From: a virus
Taxonomy: Duplodnaviria > Caudoviricetes
DNA length: 58,530 nt
Direction: 5' to 3' (one strand)
Virus record (IMG/VR): IMGVR_UViG_3300043410_000871
Location: 1 to 58,530 of that record
Both the position numbers and the translations under genes were made by a program. The notes below the pieces were generated by a model. That model did not search any database, had not been told where the DNA came from, and worked only from the letters and a program-made list of their open reading frames with translations. This document shows, piece by piece, positions 38,001 to 47,100 of this stretch. Within the stretch, counting starts at the first letter, position 1; each line of letters begins with the position of its first letter.

Positions 38001-41000
38001 AACAGATTTTGTCCAACCTGCTGTATCACCAGTTACAATATTGTCAATGATGTCGTTTAATCTTGTTTGTACTGCCAATGCTGCTGTCTTTTCATTGCTA
38101 TTTTCAACAAAAGTTCCTTTGCTATAATAAGCACGAGCAGCCGCTACAGTTTCTAAGTTACCACCGTATGTCAAATCATATTGTAATGCGTCAACAATGT
38201 AACCAATATCACGTGTACACGCAGCCTTTTGGTTAGTAGATAGACTTGACCATAAACTGCTATAGTTTGCGGCCATGAATGCTGTTACTTCATCCTTTAG
38301 GAACTGTGTGTTAGCAACAATCAAACGACGAGCGTTAAAGAATCCAGTGTCAAGATTGCTTGGATCAACAATGGTTGCACTTGGTGCAGAACCACCGCTT
38401 AGGATTGTATTAATTGTTGAAACGTTTGCGTTTACTGAGCTTGAAACAATACTTTCATTGTTGTTGAATACATAGTATTGTACATCTGTGTTACCAGTTG
38501 TTTTTGCAACTGTATTGTTTGCAATCAAGTTTGGAATAATTGCTTTTAGTCTGTTCAATGCAGATACAGTCTTTGGCTTATCGTTTACTAAATTAGCAAT
38601 CGCAGCCTTTGGACTTACAACAGTACCACGTAATTCGTCACCAACAACTGCTGTATTTCTTGGAACAATAATTGGCAATACTTCGAAATATGTACCTGTT
38701 TTAATGAATACAGTAGTGTTAGACAATGCACTAGTTGGGATTTCAGAAGCTGTACCAGCTAAAATGCCATTTGTAACAATTGACAATAAGTTAGTTGATA
38801 CTGTTGCTGTACCATCTTCAGCTGGGTTTGCAGTATCAAAAACTTGTGTTGGGCCAGTAGTAATACCATTAGCTACTTGGTAACCAATCGCTGGTGACAT
38901 ATTGCCTAATACGTTAGCAATCAATGTCTTCAAGTAGTTGTAAGCTGCAACAGTCTGTGCAATTTGTTGTCCAAAGTTGCTGTTGATGTATGCGCTACCA
39001 GATGTTGTGTAGTATGCTTTTGCAGCTTTTGTTGATTCGTCAGTACCGCCGTGTGTTAAGTCGTATAATACTGCTTCAACTAGTAAGCCAGTGTCACGTT
39101 CACAGAATGATGAGTCATATGCTAATGTACCGGTCATTGAACCAGAACCATCACTTAGGCCTTTTACAAGACCGCCCTGTGTTGCACTGATTGTGAAATG
39201 AGTGCTATCAATAATTTCTTTAACAAAATACTTAGTACCAGCAACTACTCCGCCCATTGTGCTAGAGAATTGAATTGGCATGTTTACTGCCAAGTTACTT
39301 GTTTTGTTTGATGTAAATTGGTTAGTTGCTACAGAAGATGCAGTAATTGTAACAGTATATGTATATGTTACCCAGTTACTGATTTCCTTCATAATGAACT
39401 GCTTGTTTTTCTTCAACAATGCAGCCGCATTTCTATTTTGATAACCTACGCGAACTTGATCACACGCAAAGCGTACAGTTCTCCATGGTTTATCAATAGT
39501 TAAACCCCAACCATCATCTTCGCTGTCAGTACCTGTCGGAGCAACGTAAACAACGTTATTAATAACTCCGTAGTATGCCCATGTTGGGTACCCACCAGTT
39601 ACACGTAGTAATTGTCCATCTGCACCGATTGGCAAACGTGTTGGGCCGTTAGCACCATAATAAACTGTGTCACCAGCTACTGTAAGAACTGCTGCTTCTG
39701 AACCAGAAGCCATTAAGTTCCAATATGTTGCTGTTAAATCGTTATCTGGACGGTTTCCAGAACTTGCAGTATGTGCTAATACGCAAATGTAGCTACTTGC
39801 ACCATAGAATGCAACGTCACCTAGTACATAATCGTGTCCAGGAGTCCATGATGTTGAGATACCAGATACTGTAACTCCAGTAATTACATGGTTTAAGACA
39901 GTTGAAACTGTGATTTCTAAATCGTTAACTGGTGATAAACCACCAACTTGTGTACCAAGGATTTTAACTTTATCACCGGCGACAAAGGAATCACCACCAT
40001 TGTTAACAACAACTGCGTATGTTGCACCAGTACGTGTAACATCAAATGTTGCATTTTCACCAACACCAACAATTGTTGTACCAACAACTGCGGTATATGT
40101 TTGTTGTGGGTTAGTCCAGCTAACACCACTGTTTAATCTTGTCCAGAATGAACCATTTGGTGGAATATTACCAGTTGTATCAGCAGTTGCTAGGTATGTA
40201 TATCCACCTAAGCGAACTACATCACCTACTTTGTATGCTGTTGCGTTGAGGTAGTCACCACGGAAGTTAAATCCAGTTGTGTAAACAGCCCAATCTGTTG
40301 AACTGTTGATACCAGTTGATGGGTTTGAACCAACGTTATTGCGTTTAGCAATATAAGAATAACCACCATAAGTGACAGTGTCACCAATTTGGTAAATTGT
40401 TGCGTTATCCCATGAACTTTCGAATTGTAAACCTTCAACAAAAATGCTGAATTTTGCATCGTCAAAAGTTGTTGATGATGTGTGGTTTGTAACACAAATC
40501 CATGTGCTTGCGCCATACTTAACAATGTCGTTTACTTTGTAACGAACATCGTTGGTCCAGTCACCTAAGTATACCACACCTTTGTTAAAGATGTCCCACT
40601 TGCCTTGGTCTGCTTCTAAACCACTTGCGTCAGTTGAAGCTGAAATGTGACCAACATTACAAACGTAAGTTACACCACCATATGAAACAAAATCATTTAA
40701 ACGATATTTTGTGCTGTTTGTCCAAGCACCAGTCCAGTTAAATGACTCGGCAAATTGATCCCATTTTGCGAGATCGTCTTCAAGACCCAACCATGTTGGG
40801 CTAGTATTTGTAGCAGAAGTATGGGCAGTATTACAAATGTATACCATACCACCATATTTGACCATTGAACCAACGTCATAATAGTGAGTTGGTAGCCAAT
40901 CTCCAGTCCATTCAGTGCCATCACTTAATAGATTCCATTTTGGTGCGCCTGGTATGTTCAAATCGCCAGCAAAAGTGCCATCTGTGACACCCGCGGTATG

Positions 41001-41123
41001 ATTCAATACACAAATATAGCTCTTACCGCTAATTGTTACAACGTCGTCTACGACATACGGGGTGCCAAGGGTCCATTCACCTTGCCATACAAATTTAATT
41101 CTACCTAGTTTAAATTCTGCCAT
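29097..41123 (-). CDS. Giant virion structural protein (4008 aa; long fibre or baseplate-attached)
   Basis: N-terminal W..Y..GD.V.YGG..Y.C..H carbohydrate-binding-like repeats, beta-helix-like segments, about 12 CxRDxGY helical repeats, YGxGxFVA propeller-like repeats. The C-terminus RLTGHDFL...GRVFFTSTDQDGNF is shared with the 2619-aa protein. Confidence 0.85.
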   Translation of the reverse strand: MAEFKLGRIKFVWQGEWTLGTPYVVDDVVTISGKSYICVLNHTAGVTDGTFAGDLNIPGAPKWNLLSDGTEWTGDWLPTHYYDVGSMVKYGGMVYICNTAHTSATNTSPTWLGLEDDLAKWDQFAESFNWTGAWTNSTKYRLNDFVSYGGVTYVCNVGHISASTDASGLEADQGKWDIFNKGVVYLGDWTNDVRYKVNDIVKYGASTWICVTNHTSSTTFDDAKFSIFVEGLQFESSWDNATIYQIGDTVTYGGYSYIAKRNNVGSNPSTGINSSTDWAVYTTGFNFRGDYLNATAYKVGDVVRLGGYTYLATADTTGNIPPNGSFWTRLNSGVSWTNPQQTYTAVVGTTIVGVGENATFDVTRTGATYAVVVNNGGDSFVAGDKVKILGTQVGGLSPVNDLEITVSTVLNHVITGVTVSGISTSWTPGHDYVLGDVAFYGASSYICVLAHTASSGNRPDNDLTATYWNLMASGSEAAVLTVAGDTVYYGANGPTRLPIGADGQLLRVTGGYPTWAYYGVINNVVYVAPTGTDSEDDGWGLTIDKPWRTVRFACDQVRVGYQNRNAAALLKKNKQFIMKEISNWVTYTYTVTITASSVATNQFTSNKTSNLAVNMPIQFSSTMGGVVAGTKYFVKEIIDSTHFTISATQGGLVKGLSDGSGSMTGTLAYDSSFCERDTGLLVEAVLYDLTHGGTDESTKAAKAYYTTSGSAYINSNFGQQIAQTVAAYNYLKTLIANVLGNMSPAIGYQVANGITTGPTQVFDTANPAEDGTATVSTNLLSIVTNGILAGTASEIPTSALSNTTVFIKTGTYFEVLPIIVPRNTAVVGDELRGTVVSPKAAIANLVNDKPKTVSALNRLKAIIPNLIANNTVAKTTGNTDVQYYVFNNNESIVSSSVNANVSTINTILSGGSAPSATIVDPSNLDTGFFNARRLIVANTQFLKDEVTAFMAANYSSLWSSLSTNQKAACTRDIGYIVDALQYDLTYGGNLETVAAARAYYSKGTFVENSNEKTAALAVQTRLNDIIDNIVTGDTAGWTKSVGNSSSQVTSGTAGSSAAGIFAQARITEMYNCINTGITPVIIEPSTSWVSPSLVAARTSIQAQKTLMQAQAITWITSNYPSLTFDQALCSRDVGYIIDALCYDLMFAGNFRSIKAGASYLRALTSTSVVTTSQLAPTTGVVSYVGLLAEQATQGTDVLTSNINTMTNIIANGTAVVPSYVYPDPVGYDNGYYNARRLVLANKTFLQSEVAAYMVVNYSSVWTALGTSGQAACTRDIGYIIDALAYDLTYQGNLATVIASRAYYSNNSFVEASTEKTAALAVQARIKDIIDNIVIGNTAGWTKSVGNSGTQVTSGIVGSAGAATFAQARIQEVYDCINSGTTPTTVAPSLTWVASALTTANTNIQAQKANIQVAATDWINKTYPSLYYTVATCQRDVGYIIDALCYDMMFGSNFLSIQNAMSYYRSLTSTNVVLTQQLQPTLGVLGFVGAAVKEIKTGVGSTVGRTVAVTSIEKNCNLMYDIINNGISTAPNEVMPNPASLDANFAGAKNQIANNYTFLKAEISAYLNVNYNSVWTALGVSGQASCQRDVGYILDALRYDLTYGGNTQSLIVGSSYYSYINLVIASSETTAILASYNYLKSIIDDIASGNAITRTAGNTQVQSTSGAKDTVGTASTFAQARVQNIYDWINNGTAPATITPTTTWVDPVLVAGVAALQAKKSEIQKDALGWVNKYHQELTFTEATCSRDVGYIIDAIGYDMMFGSNFASTIVGKSYYRAISSAQTVLASQKTASLGMVNFLKYKLKNIAVNGGVAQITTAIDDVINTINGGAVPRFAMPDYTGIDSGYQAARTLIQDNKSFLQAEVIAYMAANYSDTSYNRTTCSRDVGYVIDALSYDLAFGSNYQSVQVGLAYLRTQSYVVRGREKEATIAAMTYLKGQVAAVVAASSTAVTSVNNNMTTILAILTNGLGSVPSYVYPDPTGYDTGYSNARRLILANKAFIVNEINYYLNVNYNSVWTSITQATCSRDTGYLVDALIYDLTYGGNLLSLIVGNAYYSFSTLEIASGEVTATLAAYARLKAIVGSIAQATLITRSTGNVMTQDVSGTAGSSAAATFAQDRVQNIYDIINAATAPATITPVITWTASDLQTAFATLQADKATLQGYVINFVNETYSGYDFNQTICARDVGYIVDSLRFDLTYGGNLASRQSAQAYYSGLTNALQIDSADRTASVAAYTYLKSLVQSIAVNSTVASPLQTSVTQVSGTAGSAGAATAAGTLMDGIINTVTALANLPAAVNPSTAWVDSGLTAQQTALSSAKASIQASVISYIGTNYPNLVYDSATCSRDVGLIIDAIGWDMVLNTNFMSVKAGMSYYRATAAKVVAGQKKATLDAFRYMKGLVANVVTVNATALARVKAAMTIVIDIADKGIGKTPEVTGTVTYNNNQGIATAAEILRVNKSFLESEATAWISSNYGGTTIGTDSSTNTVSTKLAHHLSVGDPITFTIPSIAGTIIATNSTGNLVTLESTTGMFAGQKFSTVTGDTIGNLVSGTVYYIKSVVNSTQVTLSATFDGATMDPGTGTGILSVNVGTTVGTITSGTQYYILSVPTLTSFTFGTTSTASSPVSVTTDTGAITVTYAFDAVSCRRDMGAYVSALIDDLQYTGNYASTYAARLYNNAVGGSEMSDMYWVRNSTGVRNMTLSGLNGQLTDVNDYGTKRPTAGAYVSLDPGFGQWDTRVWITTRSCYSQNVTMFGTGCVGGKIDGALHAGGNRSTVANDFTTIISDGIGIWCTGSNSLTELVSVFNYYGYAGYLAELGGKIRATNGNSSYGTYGVVAEGVDTKETPLYGTVNNQAYEAQITTTVTDGTNQILRFEYGNAGQGYTNTVHNISGTGYNAAATADEFRDGAVFESRIIDLNDSNGYGGTSYVTQTNAAQTGDTTSITIAATDTALSNTYNGMRIQITAGTGVGQFANILTYGNGSKIATVYRDMFTPLTVTATAVTNNLLTVASTATLTPGMPIWLTSTANGLTANTLYYVRTTGFTSTQFSVSTTGAAGTAVTITTTGSVSITLLAAGWDHIIPGTTIKNALDLTTGYTIEPRVSYTAPGFTATARTLNASTTWNKVEYGDGMFVAIPTTGTTTGYSRDGATWATAGALPSSASWTGLTYGGGEQATATAIVGGLGGRGAILTAVLGVPNTTGAATADQVASVTIVDGGQGYTTPPTILFTPTNGGSGAKATAVVLNGKIVSVTVTIPGSGYTTAPTVAAATDRVTKIVVNTWGKNFTSAPTITITGGGSPSVTATAQAILTNSGVSQILLVDSNTIREDNTNYLGYSGAGYTSTPTVVISDSVAKVVAIANGSTTSAYTTSTAIAAGTTWTAGGSTGKTDLTSIVYGGGMFVAVGGTASAVSSTTGTTWISRTIPTTTGTWNSVTYGNGTFVAISTNDLSTAYSTNGTSWTQGGNLPSSTTWTNVAYGNGRFVAIASGGRSVAYSLDKGVTWTAAPIGLPTSTTWTRVRYGEGLFVAVASGGTVVATSPFGINWTLQALPSSSNWNDVHFGNPSNNPTWVAISSTSGTTAATLRTGATALGRVKVAGGVVTEVRMVDPGSGYPKGAVSATTTSTNLITVDNTINLVDSQPIEFFGTDSGGLTAGTTYYVIGSTITSTQFKVSATAGSSTAVTLSTTSPSGMTYRAGPIWTVTDTNHVKAVALRMRLGDGALGNPSFSNRGANNTTATSDTAGDGYSDLYQASTFINVSGLFQAPQAGANVEFASLPGLYFKLVTVTAVLPDGYGKYTATFQINPGLTVLQAPKHGDLITTRIKYSQVRLTGHDFLYIGTGGYTTTNFPGTPLQAANQAHQELYSAGGRVFFTSTDQDGNFNVGNLFGVQQATGTATLNASAFNLAGLNSLQLGSVELGIGSAIITQFSTDPYFTANSDSIVPTQRAIRAYITSQIGGGQSSLNVNTLTSGVVYVAGNSISTTTGVGLNVTSKMNFTGGIDGAPVALGFFMQR
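33150..39110 (-). repeat. Intragenic array of about 12 CxRDxGYxxDAxxYD repeats
   Basis: Motif cores near 39095, 38210, 37730, 37300, 36820, 36360, 35885, 35470, 35045, 34570, 34090 and 33190; spacing about 415-480 nt in the central array. Confidence 0.9.
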
Positions 41124-41182
41124 TTTATTGTTCCTCTGATAATATTTATCTTATCAAAATCTTCTGTTTTTCAAACCACTGA

Positions 41183-44100
41183 TTAACGGTGGTTCCATCC
41201 CTTTATAAAGTGTGCCATCGCCATACCATCACCATCCCAGCCAGCAAACTGACCTTGAACGTGTACTGTATTCTTCATAACAACTCTACTACCATCTGTT
41301 CCCTCTGGAATAGTACTTGCGATTCTATCAGGACCACCAAGCAATACTGTACCAGCAATTAACTGTCCAGTAAATGTGTTTGAACCACCCTGGCTCAAAC
41401 GCCCTGTTAAGTATGCCTTGATAGCACGTTGGGTTGGAATAATATTGTTACTATTAGCAACGAATGAAGTATCAGTACTAAACTGTCTAACAACAACACT
41501 CGAACCACCAACTGCAATACCACCCAAACTCAATGTTTCCAAACCAGTCAATCCAAACTGGCTTGCACTTAAAGTAACAATACCAGTCGCCTGTTCAACA
41601 GCAAATAAGCTACCAACACGGAAGTTACCATCTTGGTCAGTACTTGTGTAGAATACACGGCCGAAGTTCACTTCAACTGCTTGATCCTGTGGAGCAAGAA
41701 CTGTGTCAGCCGGCATGCCTGGGTAATTTGACTCAATTGCGTTACCATAACCTACGTTCAAGAAGTCATGCCCTGTTAAACGACATTGACTGTATGCTTG
41801 ACGAATTGTTACTGCTGCCTCATGGTCTGGGCTTAACGCTGTTGTCATATCTGGAGCGATTTGAACGTTAGCTTTAATATTTGGTGCTGTTGTACCAAAT
41901 ACTGCTGACGCACTTGTTACTTTGTAAATCTTGCTATTACCAGCAATAACCAAGTTATCACCAGGGCTTGGTAATTTTGTTAAATTCTTAACAATAATTG
42001 TCAAACCAGTTTGATATGTATCAGCATAACCACCACCGTTAATAACAATGCTTGTTGAGTTTGTGTTATATCCATTGCCACGGTTAACAAATGATGGGTT
42101 ACCCAATACACCGTTGCTTGTGCGAGTCACAACTGTTACCATATTTGTAACGTTTGGATCAGCTAATGTTAATGTTGGTGGGGCAGCATAGTTACTACCA
42201 GCTTCCCACATACTAAACGATTTAACTTTTCCTGACGAAATAACTGCACGGCCTTTTGCTCTACAACCTGCTCTAATAACGCTAGCAACTGATTGACCAG
42301 CAACTGTAACAAATTTACCAACATAATCAGCACCAGCATCATAGCCGAAGGCAATTGCACCATAACCGTCATTGGATATTGTTCTACTAATCCAGTTGTA
42401 CCCATCTTCTGTTGTATAACCTGTGCCATTTGCAGAGTTTACTGCAACAAATACACCTTGACCATACGAAATCTGTGTAGCCGCAACTGATAAGTTTGAT
42501 GAATACCAAGTAATACCATCTTGGCTATATGCTGATGTTCCTGATGTTTTGCAAACTGCAACGAACACGTTGTTACCATATTCTACATCTGACCAATCAG
42601 CAGTTCTTGGAAGTGTTACTGATGTCCAAGAAGTACCATTAGTACTATATGCCGCAGTTTTTGCAATAGCAGTACCTGCGGCTGAAACAGTTGCAATTAA
42701 ACCAGTACCACCAGTTGGTTGCAATCCAGTAACAGTTAATGTCACATCATTTGTTGGTGATGTTCCACCTAACGAAGTGCCAAGAATCTTAATTTGATCA
42801 TTAAGCGCATAGTTGCTACCAGATGCATTAATAACAGCAGTATATGTTGAGCCAGAGCTAGTGACATCAAAGGTTGCTGATGTGCCACTACCACTTAGGT
42901 TTGTACCACTTAATCCAGTGTATGTAACACCGCTAGAAACGGCAACAAATGTGCCCTTGCCATATGTTAATCCAGTCCAGTTTGCGTTTGGTAATCCAGA
43001 ACCTGATGACCAAGTTGTGCCCAAGTTAATTGAGTATGCAGTAGTTGAACTGCCATTCGCAATTGTAACAAATTTACCGTTACCATAGACGATGTTGCTC
43101 CAGTTAGACTTGCTTGGCAAGTAATATACACGCCAGCCAGCACCATTGGAATTAGATACAGCAACTGATGATCCTGGATCTGTTATTACTCCACTCTTGG
43201 AAATCATTACCCAGTAATCACTGCCATATGCAATGTCAGTCCACTGTGCTGATTTTGGTAATGAATATGCTGTCCAATTTATACCATCAGTAGAATATGA
43301 CCCAGTTGCATTACCACTTGGGACTGCAACCCAAGTATTATTTCCATAACCAAGTGCTGCCCATGAAGTCCCAAGAGCAATACTTGTTGTAGTACCACTT
43401 GATTGGCTAAATCCAGGCATATCATACGTTGTTCTTGGTTCAATATAGTACACACTTGAGCTGTCTAATGTTGGAGCAATTGGTGTTCCTGGGTTAATAT
43501 GATCCCATCCGATTGCTGCAACGTTCATAGAACCAGTATCAGTCTTTAACGTAAATGCTCCACCGCCGCTTGTTTCGCTCACACTAAATGAGTTGCTGTT
43601 GATGGTTGAAATATAATATGTATTACCAGGTACAACATTACCAAATAATGATGTACTGAACGTGCCATTCATCGCACCGTAACCAATAGTTACTACAGAA
43701 CGTGCATTAGTTGTCGAACCAGTCATTGTACCAGTTGCATCAGATAACGTTACTGCTGGTCCAGCAGTTCTAAATGACATTTGACCACTTGCTGTTACCA
43801 AGTTAACTGCTGATCCATTAACTGTTGAACTAACAGTGAACGATGTACCATCGTTGATTGACAAGATATAGTACAATGCACCGTTTGATAAACCACCAAA
43901 TGTATTTCCAGTGAAATAAATCGGTGCGTTAAGTGTGAATGATGAGGTGTCATCCACTGTAATCAAGTTTGTAGTCCCTGCTGTTGTGTAAACAGTGTCT
44001 GAAATAATTGAGCTAGTCAATGTAATTGCAGAAGATGTTGGGATTGTATAAACGTAGTATTTTGTTCCAGCAACGATTCCACCAAATGTTGTTCCAGAGA

Positions 44101-47100
44101 ACATAATTGGGTTCAACTGTGCCATTGAAGTTGTTGAATCAACAGTAATTCTACCGTTTGATGCAGTCGTTACAGTAGCAGTTGCCTGGATCAATGTTGT
44201 TGAAACAGTAAATGACCCACTATCAATAATTTCGTTAACATAATATACGCTACCAACAGTTAGTCCACCAACACTTGTTCCAGTAAACTGGATTGGCATG
44301 TTGATTTGCATGTTTGTTGTTGAACCATATACGTAATTATTATAGCCAGGGAATGACATTGTCATTGTACCAGTAGCCGTTGTTAACATCCATACGTTGC
44401 CAAAAATTTCAGTTGAAAGGATAATTGTATTGCTATTAACAATTTCTTTAATATAATATGTATAGGTCTCTGTTACACCACCAAAAGTTGTTCCAAAGAA
44501 ACGAACTGGCATGTTAATGTCTAATCTACTTGTATCAGATACAGTCATAGTATTAACAATACCACCAGTTGTGGCTGTGGCAGTTACATAATCATCACCA
44601 GTTTTGCTAATTGTGGTGCTGTAATATGTTGGAATGAATTGTACTGCTTGGTTTGCATAAAGAGTATCAGTTGTACCACTTGCCAATGTTAGTAATCCAG
44701 TACCGTTATCTGCACCGGAAATGCTCAATGGTATAAATGACTCTTTTAATACTTCTGCTGACTTTGATGATTCAGCATCATATGCTGAAATATAACCATA
44801 TTGACCAGCACCAGTACCACTATTAATAAACACACGCATACCCAAGTAGTTGTGTTCAGAATTAGTGTCAGAGCCTGCTAGTAAAATGTTAGTACTTGTA
44901 CCACCCTGTGCGTTGTTACTTGCAGTCAAATAACTTGCACCACCAATACCAGTACCAACGTCTGTTACACGAGTTTGGAATACACCACCTGAGCGTAGTT
45001 CGTCACCAACAACAATTGCGCCAGTACCTGCACCAACTACATTGTAGTTTGCAAACGCTGAGAATTTGTTAGTAGTAGTTTCCAAGTAGAATGTTGGTGC
45101 TGTACCAATTTGTAATTGTGAACCATAGAAGCATGTGCTTCCGATTGGGGCTGATTTACCACGTGGATACAATCTAATCTGCAATGTGTTATTCAATGCA
45201 TTTGTATCATAGAAAGTAAACCAAATTCTGTACCAACCATTTGGTAGTTCTAATTTTGAATATGATGTTGGTAGGAACCCACCTGTTGCATTACCGGAAG
45301 TAAATGTTTTAGATGTAAAGTTGTAATTTATAGAACTAGAAACACTGCTTGTTCCACTAAATGTTGCGACAATATCAAATGCACTAGCAGTACCCTGTTT
45401 AGCATAGACACTAAACGTATATTTTAGGGCACTTCCTTCTGGCACTACGCCTGTAACAGTTACCCCAGTAATTGCACTACCTGACAACGCTGCTACTGTT
45501 AAAGTACAATCGTTAACACCGTCAATACCACCTAATTGGCTACCAACGATAGTGATTTCATTTCCAACAACGTAGTTAGAACCACCAATGTTTACGTTTG
45601 CAGAATATGCAGAACTTCCAACAACAATGTCGAATGTTGCTGCTGATCCGCTACCAGAAGCGTTGATACCTGACAACCCAGTATATGATGCACCTACTGG
45701 GGAAATTGGTACGTTTTGATATATGTAACTTGAATCTGTTGTTGCAGTTGTTCCAGTCAATGTCCAACCATCAGTAAATGTACTTGGGCTTAATAGGTTA
45801 CGTTGAACTGTGACGTTACCATCATTAGTCCATCCAGTTAAGAAATCATTACTATAATTCATCAAGTTAGTTGATAATTCGTTGTAACCAGAGCCTGCGT
45901 TGGCAAATTGCATTTTTAACAATTGGGCACTAACACCAAACGCACTCTGTACGCTTGCTTGAACTTGTGTTGAACGATTGTCAACTAAACCAGCCACTGG
46001 CACTTCAGTATCATCATAACCTTCAGCAATAACACCATATGTACCATAAGAACTGTTACCGTTAGTAGCACGGATTCTACCACCGGCTTCTGCAAAATAA
46101 CCAGCGTAGTTGTAATATGTAAACACTGAAACACACTCAGTTAATGATCCACTACCTGTACACCATACACCAATACCATCACTGATAATCTGTGTAAAGT
46201 CATTGGCAACAATAGATCTGTTACCACCAGCATGTAGTGTACCGTCGATCTTCATACCTGTGCAACCAACACCAAAGTTAGTTACGTTTTGAACATATGG
46301 TGAACGTTTTAGAATCCATGTTGTAGAATCATCTGGACCAGTACCTGGGTCTAGGGAAACATACGCACCACCAGTTGGGCGGCGTGTTAGGTTTTCGTTA
46401 ATATCAGTCAATGTACCAGCTAAACCAGTCAATGACATGTTGCGGATTCCAGAACCGTTGCGTACATAGAACATGTCTTTTAGACAGTTACCAGCGTACA
46501 CGTTCATAATACCTCTACCACGTGTTAGTTGAACTGGGTCTCCACCAACAGTTTCTGAAATGCTTACTTTTAATCCATCAATTGCTAAAACATAATATGT
46601 TTTACCAGCAGTGATTCCGCTAAAATAATCATTTGATGTTACAATAGCAAATTGGATTGGCATATCAACTTCAAGATTGTCAGTTGATGCAAATGTAAAC
46701 ATATCAGTAGTTGGATCTGCTGATGTTGTTGAAGTATAAACTGAATTCTTAGGTTGTACCACTGCACCACGCAATTCATCACCAACCAATGCAGTATTCT
46801 CTGGTAAAATAATTGGTAAATCTTCTGCGTATGTTCCTGTTTTAACAAAAATTGTTGAGCTAATACCTTGATTAGGTTGTGGAACTGTTACTGTATCAGC
46901 ATTTGCAATAGCAGTAGTAACAATATTCATCAACGATGTGACTAGATCAATAGAACCGGTTTCAGCAACTAGTGATGGATTGAAAACTTGTGAAATTTGG
47001 TCGTCAATAAGCACATCATTGGCTACTTGATACAGAACTGTCGGACTTTGTTGTTGCAATACGTTACCAACTAATGTTAATAAGTAACCTAATGATGCAA

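Noticed and set aside
33150-39110. Regularly spaced DNA repeats as a CRISPR array
   Set aside because: Repeats are degenerate, in frame, 415-480 nt apart and encode a protein motif; no cas genes are present.
16562-39110. Assigning a cyanobacterial host from the oxygenases, halogenase and phycobiliprotein-like motif
   Set aside because: No photosynthesis or other host-diagnostic genes are in the window, so the host cannot be inferred.
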